Assembly: GCA_043806035.1 (NCBI GenBank)
Contig: JAZDHK010000013.1
Coordinates: 1-61,062 of the forward strand
Source of the DNA: an archaeon
Lineage (GTDB): Archaea; Nanobdellota; Nanobdellia; Woesearchaeales; UBA9642
Direction: 5' to 3'
Length of the DNA: 61,062 nt
Shown: positions 47,664 to 57,400 of the stretch, piece by piece
Layout: every line of letters begins with the position of its first letter
Numbering within the stretch: position 1 is the first letter of the stretch
The notes under the pieces: model-generated
What the model saw: only the letters and a program-made list of their open reading frames with translations
Told to the model about the DNA's origin: nothing
The model's database searches: none
Program-made: the position numbers and the translations under genes

Positions 47664-49483
47664 TCCTTAACCTCGACGGGCGCTATCTCCCTGAACTTGC
47701 TCTCCACAATGATGCGCGGGTAGACGCCGAGCGTCTTGAGCTCATCCAGGAACAGCTTGAATGCGTAGCTCATCTCCACGGGGACGAGCTCTGCCTCCTC
47801 GCCATACAAGGGGCTGATGGGTTTTTTCTTCCTCGCATCATAATACCCTATAAGACCACTCTTCAGGCACACGTACACGATGACCTTGTCGCTGTCAAAC
47901 CGTTCCTTGAGCAGCAGGCTCGCGCCATGCGCGATGAGGGTGTCCTTCTCCATCTCTCCCAACCTGAGGCCTCCTTCTTTTGCCCTGCCTTCTGTCGGCT
48001 GTCGGGTAAGGAGTTGTATGCTTCCTCTTCCTCTGCTGTGAATCTTGTTCTGCACCAGATGCTTGAGTTTGAGATAGAACATGTTTCCCACAAAAATCCG
48101 TGATGTGTACTGCTTTCCCGTAATGCCTGAGTACATGATTTCTGTGCCGTCCTCGGAGAAGCCATAGCTGGCAAGTTCCTTGCGCAAGTCCTCCTCGCGC
48201 TCAGACTGGAACATCGTCCCGTCAACGTATCTTCCTGAGAGTGCACCAACCTTGCCGCCCACCAATTCGATGAGGTGTGCTACCGTCATACGTGTGGGGA
48301 GGCTGTGCGGGCTGAACAGAATGTCAGGGATGATACCCCGTTCGCTGAACGGCATGTCCTCTGCAGGAATGATCAGACCAATCACTCCTTTCTGCCCGTG
48401 CCTGCTCGTGAACTTATCTCCAATTTCAGGGACGCGCTCGTCACGCAAGCGCACTTCAATCAGCTTGTTCCCTTCGCTGTTCTCCGTGATGATCACGAAG
48501 TCGACGACGCCGTGCTCGCCGTGCTTGAGTGCTGCACTGCTCTCCCTGCGCTGGTTGCTCGTGAGATTGTACTCGTCCGTGCTGCTCAAGAATCTCGGGG
48601 GAGAAGTCTTGCCAATGATGACGTCGCCTTCCCCGATCCTCGCCTCAGGATAAATGATGCCGTCAGGCTCCAAGAATCGGTAGTCTCTCTCGGACTTGTA
48701 GCCCTTGACGTCCTTGTCAGGAATGCACACTTCGTCGATCAGGCCACCGCTATACCGCAGTTCTTCCGTGACCATGGGTCTGTAGTAGGAGCTTCTTCCT
48801 AGTCCTCTGTCGATGCTGCCTTGATTCACGACGATGGCGTCTTCCATGTTGTAACCATCGAATGCCATGACTGCCAACGTCACGTTGAGCCCTTGTGGGT
48901 GCTTGTAGTCCTGATAGATGCTGTGCAGGACGGTGCTGCAGATGGGCACTTGTGCATAGTGCAGCAGGCTGACATCCATGTCCATGCGTGTGAAAAAATT
49001 TGCTGCATAAAAGCCGATGGCGTGCTTCTGATTCTTTGATCCTTGCACTAAACGCACGGCGTGGTTGAAATTGCCAAAGGGAACGAGATTCGTGCACAAG
49101 CCGAGAATGTCACATGGCGCAACCTCGAGATGCGTGTGGTTGAGCGAGAGTTCTTCTTCGGAGAGTGCGACGAATGCGCTCTCCTCCTCCGTTGCATCTA
49201 GGTATTCGATGATGCCTTGCTTGACGAGGTCCCACCAGCCCAACTTGTTCTGCTGCAATTGCTGGATGTGCTGCTCGGTCAGCAGCGGCTTGCCGTCTTT
49301 GACGATGATCAACGGGCGGATGCACCTGCCTCTGCTCGTCTCTACAAAGACACCTGCAGGAGTGCTGAGGACGTTCACATAATGGCTCAACTTGCCTGCA
49401 CGCCTGTTAGAGAGGAGCTTGTCAACGAACACTTTTGGGTCTTGCACGCTGCCGACGAATTTGTTATCGAGATAGACGTCCAT
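47660..49483 (-). CDS. rpoB1: RNA polymerase subunit B' (Rpo2C)
   Basis: GDKFTSRHGQKG, RQPTEGR, GGLRLGEMEKD. Confidence 0.97.
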   Translation of the reverse strand: MDVYLDNKFVGSVQDPKVFVDKLLSNRRAGKLSHYVNVLSTPAGVFVETSRGRCIRPLIIVKDGKPLLTEQHIQQLQQNKLGWWDLVKQGIIEYLDATEEESAFVALSEEELSLNHTHLEVAPCDILGLCTNLVPFGNFNHAVRLVQGSKNQKHAIGFYAANFFTRMDMDVSLLHYAQVPICSTVLHSIYQDYKHPQGLNVTLAVMAFDGYNMEDAIVVNQGSIDRGLGRSSYYRPMVTEELRYSGGLIDEVCIPDKDVKGYKSERDYRFLEPDGIIYPEARIGEGDVIIGKTSPPRFLSSTDEYNLTSNQRRESSAALKHGEHGVVDFVIITENSEGNKLIEVRLRDERVPEIGDKFTSRHGQKGVIGLIIPAEDMPFSERGIIPDILFSPHSLPTRMTVAHLIELVGGKVGALSGRYVDGTMFQSEREEDLRKELASYGFSEDGTEIMYSGITGKQYTSRIFVGNMFYLKLKHLVQNKIHSRGRGSIQLLTRQPTEGRAKEGGLRLGEMEKDTLIAHGASLLLKERFDSDKVIVYVCLKSGLIGYYDARKKKPISPLYGEEAELVPVEMSYAFKLFLDELKTLGVYPRIIVESKFREIAPVEVKE

Positions 49484-49486
49484 GGT

Positions 49487-50977
49487 TCACTTCCTCTCCT
49501 GCAAGCCGAGCGTCTTGAGCTCAGCCAATATTTTTGTCTCGTCGAGGACGGGGGTGACACTTGCCAAGATGGCCAGGTTCTTCCTTAGACCTATGTTCGT
49601 TCCCTCGGGGGTCTCGGAAGGGCAGAGCCTGCCTAGGTGGGTGCTGTGCAAGGATCGCGCCTCGAAATTCTCTTGCGATGTGGATAAGGGACTGACGACG
49701 CGTTGCAGATGCGACATGGCCTGCAGGAAATTCAGACGTTCGATACGTTGCGAGACGCCTTTCCTGTTGCCCACCCACGAGCCTGTCGCCATGGCACTGT
49801 AAATGTGCTGGGTCAACAGTTTTTCGCGGATGATGACCTTGATGCTGGGGAACTTGCCTCGCTTGACAATTCGTTGAAAGTTGTAGAGCATGTCGCCGAT
49901 GAGCATCTTCATGTTGACACGGATGAGGTCTGCCAGGAGATCTCCTGCCAGTTTCAGGCGTTTGTTCATGTAATGGTCTCTGTCGTCGATCTGCACCTGC
50001 TTTGAACTCACGAGGATGAACTGTCTGAGGAGTTTGCACAAGTTGTACGCCTTGAACGGCCTGTCCTTGCGCTCGATGCCGAGGTGCGGCAGCAAGTACT
50101 TGTCGAGAATTTCTTGCATGCGCTCGATGCGGATGTCCTTCGTCTGCGTGATACCTACTTTTTTTGCGACAAAGTCGACGGCGTCATCTTCCGTCTTGAC
50201 ATCGACGTACTCGTAGATATTGATGAAGACTTCGCTGCTATCAGACAAATCGATAAACTTCATGATGTCCTCATCACTGATAAGACCGAGTGCCTTAATG
50301 ACCGCGATGATGGGAATCCTCTTAACGCGCGTGAATGTCAGATAGTACATGCCGTCTTTGAGGCGTTCGATTGTGTGGGGGATCTTGTAGCTGCCCCGCT
50401 CTGAGAAGAGCCTGCCAACGTATTCGGAGACGCCCGTGCTTGCCTCGTCGATGAGGAGCTTGTTCGGTGCGAGGTCTTCCACTTTGACGAGTACTTTTTC
50501 CGTGCCGTTGATGATGAAGTAGCCTCCTGGATCGTCAGGGTCTTCTCCCTGCTTGACGAGGTCGTCACGGGAAAGGCCGTTGAGGTGGCAATACTTGCTC
50601 TTGAGCATGATGGGCAAATTGCCTATCTGCGTCTTGAAGCTCTCCCGCTGCACGCCGTTGATGTGCGCAGAAACCTCAAGAGAGACGGGAGCGCTGTACG
50701 AGAGTTTCCTCAGACGTGCCTCGGTGGGGAAGACGCTTCTTCGCGAACCGTCAGCTTCTGTAATCTCTGGTTTGCCAATCTCGATCTTGTCTATGCAGAT
50801 CTTGAAGTCATCGATGTTCGGCGGGATGATGGTTGGTTCAATGACCTTGTTCTCGTCGATGATGATGGGCAGTTCTTTCTCTACGAAGTCATTGAAGCTC
50901 TGGATGTCCGCCTGAATCAAAGAATTCTCCTCAAAATATTTTTTGATAAGCAATTTTGCAGTCGTGTCTTTACTCAT
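49487..50977 (-). CDS. rpoB2: RNA polymerase subunit B'' (Rpo2N)
   Basis: EARLR.LSY, GGYFIINGTE, CPSETPEG. Confidence 0.96.
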   Translation of the reverse strand: MSKDTTAKLLIKKYFEENSLIQADIQSFNDFVEKELPIIIDENKVIEPTIIPPNIDDFKICIDKIEIGKPEITEADGSRRSVFPTEARLRKLSYSAPVSLEVSAHINGVQRESFKTQIGNLPIMLKSKYCHLNGLSRDDLVKQGEDPDDPGGYFIINGTEKVLVKVEDLAPNKLLIDEASTGVSEYVGRLFSERGSYKIPHTIERLKDGMYYLTFTRVKRIPIIAVIKALGLISDEDIMKFIDLSDSSEVFINIYEYVDVKTEDDAVDFVAKKVGITQTKDIRIERMQEILDKYLLPHLGIERKDRPFKAYNLCKLLRQFILVSSKQVQIDDRDHYMNKRLKLAGDLLADLIRVNMKMLIGDMLYNFQRIVKRGKFPSIKVIIREKLLTQHIYSAMATGSWVGNRKGVSQRIERLNFLQAMSHLQRVVSPLSTSQENFEARSLHSTHLGRLCPSETPEGTNIGLRKNLAILASVTPVLDETKILAELKTLGLQERK

Positions 50978-51230
50978 CGACAACACCCCGGTAGAAGACA
51001 ATGTCGCCGGCGGTGGCGCTGGTCCTCATGATCTTGATAATATCGCCGGACTGGACATTCAGGTCATGAATGGCAGGATCATGTATGTTGATCTTTGGCA
51101 GGTCACGGACGGCGATGTTGTACTGTGCGAGCAGGGCTTTTTTTTCCTTCTCTGACACTTTGACGTGCTTAGGCACGAGGAGGTGATCTTTGATGAAGCT
51201 GCTGGGGTCTTTTGCGCGTCTCTTCTTCAT
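50970..51230 (-). CDS. rpoH: RNA polymerase subunit H (Rpo5)
   Basis: HLLVPKH, LPKI...DP, GDIIKI.R.S.TAG. Confidence 0.95.
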   Translation of the reverse strand: MKKRRAKDPSSFIKDHLLVPKHVKVSEKEKKALLAQYNIAVRDLPKINIHDPAIHDLNVQSGDIIKIMRTSATAGDIVFYRGVVDE

Positions 51231-51252
51231 GGTTTCCCTCGCTGATTATGAA

Positions 51253-51404
51253 CGGGTCGGACGAGACTTCCTTCAACCGCGGCTGTTGCCGGGATTGTTT
51301 CGAACTCGCGACCACCTGCTTAAAAGGCAGGCGCTCTAGTGCCCAACCGTCACCAGTCACCGTCACCAGTTGCTGGTGGGGTTTCCAGGCTGAGCTACCG
51401 ACCC
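51253..51404 (-). tRNA. tRNA-Lys(TTT) with two non-canonical introns: D-loop (~51339-51384, 46 nt) and T-loop (~51270-51301, 32 nt)
   Basis: GGGTCGG/CCGACCC acceptor, CCTGC-CTTTTAA-GCAGG; removing both inserts gives a 74-nt cloverleaf (junctions +/-2 nt). Confidence 0.88.
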
Positions 51405-51408
51405 GTCA

Positions 51409-51566
51409 CGCCCTGACCGGGACTTCCGACACCGACTCAATAGGCGCAAAGCCCGCTTCCATGTCATCTGAGTCCAGTTGTTTCGAACCCGGGTCGAGGC
51501 CTGTATGCGCAGCAGTTCTCTGCTAGCTCGACAGGGCCTCATGCTAGGCCTCTACACCATCAGGGC
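51409..51566 (-). tRNA. tRNA-Asp(GTC) with two introns: 37/38 (51503-51528, 26 nt) and T-loop (~51426-51484, 59 nt)
   Basis: GCCCTGA/TCAGGGC acceptor, AGGCC/GGCCT anticodon stem, CCGGG/CCCGG T stem; 73-nt mature form. Confidence 0.88.
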
Positions 51567-51732
51567 ATTCGCTTGCCGAGGGGCATGGCTACTCCAACGC
51601 ATATCAATGCAGAAGTATCCTCTAATTTCCCCAGGAACATGCTGGCTGGCAGGAATTGTGGTTCGTTTATAAACCTTCCGCTTATAGGTTAGAGACGCAA
51701 GCTTTTTATATGCGCGGAACTTTTCTCACCAA

Positions 51733-52113
51733 ATGTCACAAAAGAAGAGTATTGTGGTTATTGAAGATGACAAGAACATCGCCCAGGCAGAAAAAATCAT
51801 TCTCGAGAGAGAATTTTCTGTGAACGTTGCACATGACGGCAAGGAAGGACTGGACCTGGCACAACAGCTCAAGCCTGATGTGGTCATCCTCGATATCATG
51901 ATGCCCAAGCTGTCAGGCTATGACGTGTGCAAGGCAATCCGTGCAAGCCCTGACCTAAACCACACCAAGATAATCATGGTCACGGCGAAGGACAGGCAGA
52001 TTGATGAACTGCATGGCATGGATCTCGGAGCTGACGATTACATCATGAAGCCGTTCGAGCCGGAAGAGCTGAGGCATGTTGTACATCAAGTGCTGAAGGA
52101 ACAACTGGAATAG
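51733..52113 (+). CDS. single-domain response regulator (receiver only)
   Basis: EDD, LDIMMP, VTAK, KPF. Confidence 0.93.
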   Translation: MSQKKSIVVIEDDKNIAQAEKIILEREFSVNVAHDGKEGLDLAQQLKPDVVILDIMMPKLSGYDVCKAIRASPDLNHTKIIMVTAKDRQIDELHGMDLGADDYIMKPFEPEELRHVVHQVLKEQLE

Positions 52114-52135
52114 AGGGGGTGAGTTGGGGGCAGCG

Positions 52136-53641
52136 ATGGACGTATACTTATTAGTTACTGCATTTCACGGCATCAACCGATTCCTTGATTCTTCTGCCGG
52201 CGAGCTCTTCAAGCAGTCGCTGGAATTCGTCCTGTTCTCCATCGTCGCCTATATGGTATATGTGGAATACCGTCGTGAAAGGACGGTGCAACTGAGATAC
52301 TTTCTCTGGGGATTCTCTGCGTTAGTTATTGACAATTTCTGCTCGACCTTGTTCCTTGCTCTTGTCGTGTTCGGCAACGTGCCCGCGAACGTGTTCATGC
52401 CGTACTTCCCTGTCGCGGATCTCGTCCTCGAATCATTGGCTTTGCTCGCACTGGCGTATTCGTTCGTGATGTCGCGCATCAGGGGAAAACATGTGCAGCG
52501 CATGCTCTCCATAGAGCTCGTGGCCATCCTCTTCGTTGGAGGGCTAGTACAAGTGCTCTGGCTCATCACCTTACAGCAAGGTACTGTCGCGTTCTCGCAG
52601 AGCATGGGTTTCTTCCTGCTCGAGCTCATCCAACTCGTCATCCTGTTCATCCCCATCTACGTTTTATTGACGAGCAAGAAAGAGAAATATGCGCGATCCA
52701 TCGCTCTCGCTTTCGGCGTGTACATGTTCGCACCAGCTCTATCCATACTCAACTTTGTCTTCTGCGAAGGAGCGAATGCAGCGCTGAAAATCATCGTCCA
52801 TCCGCTGCCATTCCTCAGCGTGCTGCTCTTCACCAGGGTCATGTATCTCAAGCTGGGAGACAAGGCAAGCTTGCAGCAGGAACTGCAGCTTGCCAAGAAA
52901 AAGTATCTTGAAGAACGCGAGGTCGTGCGCATGAAGGATGAATTCGTGAGCACCGTCACCCACGAACTTAAGACGCCATTGACGAGCATGAAGCTCTACC
53001 TCGCCCTGCTCCGCGAGCAAAAAACAGGGACGCTGAACAAGGAGCAGAAGAAGATGCTCCGCATCGTCGAGGAGGAGAACACGAGGTTGAGCCAGCTCAT
53101 CACGGACGTTCTGCATCTCTCCAAGCTGGAAGGCGGCAATGAGCAGCTGCATCTCGTCCGCACCTCCATCCGGCACGTGGTAGAGAACAGCATGTACTAC
53201 AACCTCGCCGAGGAGCGGGGCATACGCATCACCATCACCGTCGATACCGGACTCATGGCAGACGTGGATCCTGAGAAGTTCAAACAGATTTTCATCAACC
53301 TGTTCAGCAATGCGGTGAAGTATGCGAAGAGTGTCATCATCATCGACGCTGCAAACACGCCGCACGGCTGGTATTTTTCCATCAGTGATGACGGTCCAGG
53401 CATCCCTCCTGAGAAAATCCCGCACCTGTTCGAGCGATTCTTCAGGGTGGAGGACTACCTGACGACGGACAAGGCAGGTACGGGCTTGGGGCTCGCCATC
53501 GTCAAGAAGCTCGCGGAGCTGCACGGCGCGAAAATCGACGTCGACACCCACCCGGGGAAAGGGACGACATTCAAGCTGTTCTTTCCAAAAAAAGAAAAAC
53601 GATACGCCCACGACAGCCACCCCACTATATTTACCCAATAG
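52136..53641 (+). CDS. membrane-bound sensor histidine kinase (~7 TM)
   Basis: HELKTPLT, NLFSNAVKY, DDGPGI, F.RF, GTGLGL. Confidence 0.93.
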   Translation: MDVYLLVTAFHGINRFLDSSAGELFKQSLEFVLFSIVAYMVYVEYRRERTVQLRYFLWGFSALVIDNFCSTLFLALVVFGNVPANVFMPYFPVADLVLESLALLALAYSFVMSRIRGKHVQRMLSIELVAILFVGGLVQVLWLITLQQGTVAFSQSMGFFLLELIQLVILFIPIYVLLTSKKEKYARSIALAFGVYMFAPALSILNFVFCEGANAALKIIVHPLPFLSVLLFTRVMYLKLGDKASLQQELQLAKKKYLEEREVVRMKDEFVSTVTHELKTPLTSMKLYLALLREQKTGTLNKEQKKMLRIVEEENTRLSQLITDVLHLSKLEGGNEQLHLVRTSIRHVVENSMYYNLAEERGIRITITVDTGLMADVDPEKFKQIFINLFSNAVKYAKSVIIIDAANTPHGWYFSISDDGPGIPPEKIPHLFERFFRVEDYLTTDKAGTGLGLAIVKKLAELHGAKIDVDTHPGKGTTFKLFFPKKEKRYAHDSHPTIFTQ

Positions 53642-53795
53642 GTAAGTATGCTGACGAAGGCATAATCTGCTGCGCTTAAATTCTTAGCACAATAATTCCC
53701 TCCAAATATCGTCTCATATTAGCTGTGAATGGCAATTTTTCTTGCCGCATGCAACAAAGTATTTAAATGTATATTTCACTTAAAGGTAAAACTAT

Positions 53796-54494
53796 ATGCC
53801 TCGTGCATATTCCTTTGTACACACGCGGAGCTGCCCCATGACACGACATGAACGAAACTGGACATTAGTCTGTTCTCAACTTCCTAAGCACATATTCAAC
53901 ATCTATTTCTCTGGGTGGAAGACGCAACAGGACGTATCGCATCAACTCGGAAATGACAATCCCAACAGGCACGTCAGCCATTACAAGAACCTCTTCCTTA
54001 AAGCAAAATACATCCGTGAAGAGCGCAGGCACGAGCCGACAAAACCGCGCACCCTCGTCATGGGCACAGGCACCATCCAACCCTATGCGGACTACCTGCG
54101 AGCGGAACATCCCGAGCTGTACTCGCCAAAAAGCATGGCACTGCTGCAACTCTTCATTCAAACGCAAGGCATGCGGCAGCTCATCATCAAAGACGACAAG
54201 AACATCATCCAGGGAATGAACGATATGCTCTTGCTCTATTGGCAGACGAAAAACACACTCTCGCTGCTGAAACCGCATAACGGCAAGAATCTCACACTGA
54301 CAACGGTCTTACACGACACTGGTAATTTTCTCGCACAGCAATTCAGCACCATAGAACGGGCAGAATCATCCATCTGGAACAAACAGGAGCAGGCATACTG
54401 GTGGCAACAGTTCGTAGCAGCACATGGTATAGACCCTGCATTCCTCCTCACCTTCAAAGATGCACTGGCAAGGACGATTAAGAAACATGGCTGA
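53796..54494 (+). CDS. hypothetical protein
   Basis: 232-aa ORF after TTTAAA; stop overlaps start of the giant surface protein. Confidence 0.6.
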   Translation: MPRAYSFVHTRSCPMTRHERNWTLVCSQLPKHIFNIYFSGWKTQQDVSHQLGNDNPNRHVSHYKNLFLKAKYIREERRHEPTKPRTLVMGTGTIQPYADYLRAEHPELYSPKSMALLQLFIQTQGMRQLIIKDDKNIIQGMNDMLLLYWQTKNTLSLLKPHNGKNLTLTTVLHDTGNFLAQQFSTIERAESSIWNKQEQAYWWQQFVAAHGIDPAFLLTFKDALARTIKKHG

Positions 54495-57400
54495 AGACAA
54501 GATACGCAAGCTCGAACAACTCAGGAAAAAAAGCATCCAGGTAGAGGGAAAACTAGCAGCAGTGCTGCAGAAAAAAAAGATCAGTCAACACGAATATGAA
54601 GAACAGTTGCTGCACGTGCATGATCACAAGACCAGAGAGCAGTACTACAAAGATCTCGATGCAGCAATAGTGAGGAACACGCCCCGACGTACGTCCTCTT
54701 CTCACCGAGCACCTTCCCTCGCCGTATTGTCGGCATTGAGTTTCTTCATCATCGCCATGCTTCTCTACGGATTCATCGCCTATACCACAATTACCGGGCA
54801 CACGACAATAGACAAAGGGCAAACGCACCATCTCCCGCTGAACATTACCTTCGCAGAGAACAGCACGTATGCAACAAATCTTTCCAACATCACCTCACTA
54901 CGCATAAGCGGCACCATCACGGGCAACGGCTCGGTGAGCATACTCGTTCCACAAGGAGACAAGCAGCTCATCGTTCTCCATAGCGCTGCACGCGAGAGGA
55001 AAAATTTCATCACAGGCAAGACCATAGATAATGTGACTGCAGAGAATGTGACCAACCTGCCAGCGCCAGATCGTATCGATGAAAACAGCAGTCAGGCGGA
55101 AAATGTGACCGCTGTAGAGAACAGCAGCATGCCCGAATCAACACCTGAAACCATAACGACATCTGCAGAACAGAACCTATCAGAACCGGTGACACCTGAG
55201 ACCGTATCTGTAGATGGTGCTGTCAATCAAAGTATACTTGAACCAGAGGCAGCAAACATCACCGAAGAAGAATTGCCTGACATCACGGAGAATAATGAAA
55301 ACAGCTATGCGTTCAATCTCATCTGCATCGACACGTGCAGCACGTTCATCGAAGAAGCGACACTCATCATCGAAGTGGATAATGCCGCAGTCACCATTAC
55401 GAACATCACCTACACGAAAAGAGACCATGCTCCTGATGAAATCCCTCTCGTTGAAAACAGCGCCAACGACACAGAAATAACCAACGAAAGCCAGCTCGTG
55501 CAAAACGAAACGCCATCACGACCCTCTCTGCAGAGCATGCTCAGCAGGAGCGCCATCGTCATCAACCAGCCCGTCAAGTGGACGCAGGACATCACCACAG
55601 CAGAGAACGTATCTGGCATTGAGATTCCCGTTCCTGTAGTCGCATTCAATATCACGGCAAAGAAAATAACGGGAGGCGAAGAACTCACCATAGCTAAAGA
55701 TAATATCAGCATACCTTCCCACGAGAAGAATGCACTCACCGGAAACGTCATAGTGCCATTGCACACTACGTCGGAAATTCCGGCAGAACTCGCCACCAAT
55801 GAGACCGTGAACGTCACCATTCTCGAGACGGCAGACCACGTACGCGTAGAATACTACACGCAAGGACCGATAACGGAAGAGACTGAATTCAGTAGTGGCA
55901 AGAAAAGAATACATGTTTTCAGCAACATCCATTATGAGAATATCTTCAGCTACACATCCATTCCTGACGTTCCACAAGAGCGCATTAGTTTCTACTGGAT
56001 TGATGATGGCATCCGAAAAAAAGTGACGAATGTCAGCTACTACGACGAGAACAACAACGGACTGGTCGATTACATCTCTTGGATTGTCCCCCATCTGAGC
56101 AATGAGACGTATGAAGTGAGCATCACCATATTGAATGTGCAGAGCTATCCGTATGTAGGCGGGACGTGGACCGTGCTGATCAACACCTCTGGCGAGGCGA
56201 ACCTCACCATCTCTGCGGTTGAAGATACAAGCTATGGCAGCTATCCTGACGACCTCACGCCACTACAGCTCATCTGTTCAGGCTCAAGCATTCCTTTCAT
56301 CTGGACAGGAAAAGATGTTACTGTAGAGAATTATCGCTGCGACAGCACTGCATCCTGGACTGTACACGTACATACTGCGGGCAGGCACGTCCAGCAATTC
56401 ACCTTCGGCAACATCACGGCCTTCGCATACAATGACGCATCACAGGCGAGCATGAATGGCAGCAGGATACAGCCATCTCCGTTAGCCAATGACACCGATA
56501 ATTTGTTCGGCTATTGCAACGGCACGACCAACTCAACAACAGAACCAAAACTAATCTATAACTACTCGTGGTACAAGGATGACGTGCTCAATGTTTCCGG
56601 AACCGTATTCAAAGCAGAAACCATAACTACAGAGTATCTGCACTCCTGTGGCATACGAGCAAACGACTCACGAGTACTCTGCTGGGGAGATAATTATAAT
56701 GGTAAATTAGGAAATGGATCAGAAGTAGACAGTTACAACCCCATACTCACTAGTGACGATAGCAAATACATCCACGTAAGTGTGGGCTGGCTTCACTCCT
56801 GCGGCATTCGAGCCAACGACAGCAGGGTTCTCTGCTGGGGAAGTAATGATGATGGCCAATTAGGAGACGGCACGACAACACGAAGACTAAACCCCACTCT
56901 CATTAACGACAGCAACGCTTACGTACAGATTAGTGCAGAGGGACAATACCATACGTGTGGATTACGAAATGATAGTAGAGTACTCTGCTGGGGAAGAAAC
57001 GCCAACGGTCAACTAGGAAATGGATCAACGGGCAGCAGTGTGCTCAACCCAATGCTAATTAATGATTCGGCAGAGTACAGAAGTATAAATGCAGGATATT
57101 TCCACTCCTGCGGCATACGAGCAAACGACAGCAGAGTATTGTGTTGGGGAAGGAACGACTTTGGGGCAGTAGGAGATGGGACTAATATTGACAGACCAAA
57201 CCCAACACTCATTAATGATACAGCAGAGTACATCAGTATAAGCGCAAGTTATGACTACACATCCGGCATTAGAGTAAATGACAGTAGAGTAATGTTCTGG
57301 GGGTGGAACACTAATGGCCAGGCAGGAGATGGCACATCAGGCAATAGCAAACTCAACCCGATACAAACAAGTGATGACAGCGAATACGCAAGCATTGACG

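Noticed and set aside
51568-51650. HDV-like/theta ribozyme (GCCAGCATG...CCCCTCGGCAAGCGAAT resemblance)
   Set aside because: Required P1/P2/P3 nested pseudoknot pairings cannot be formed
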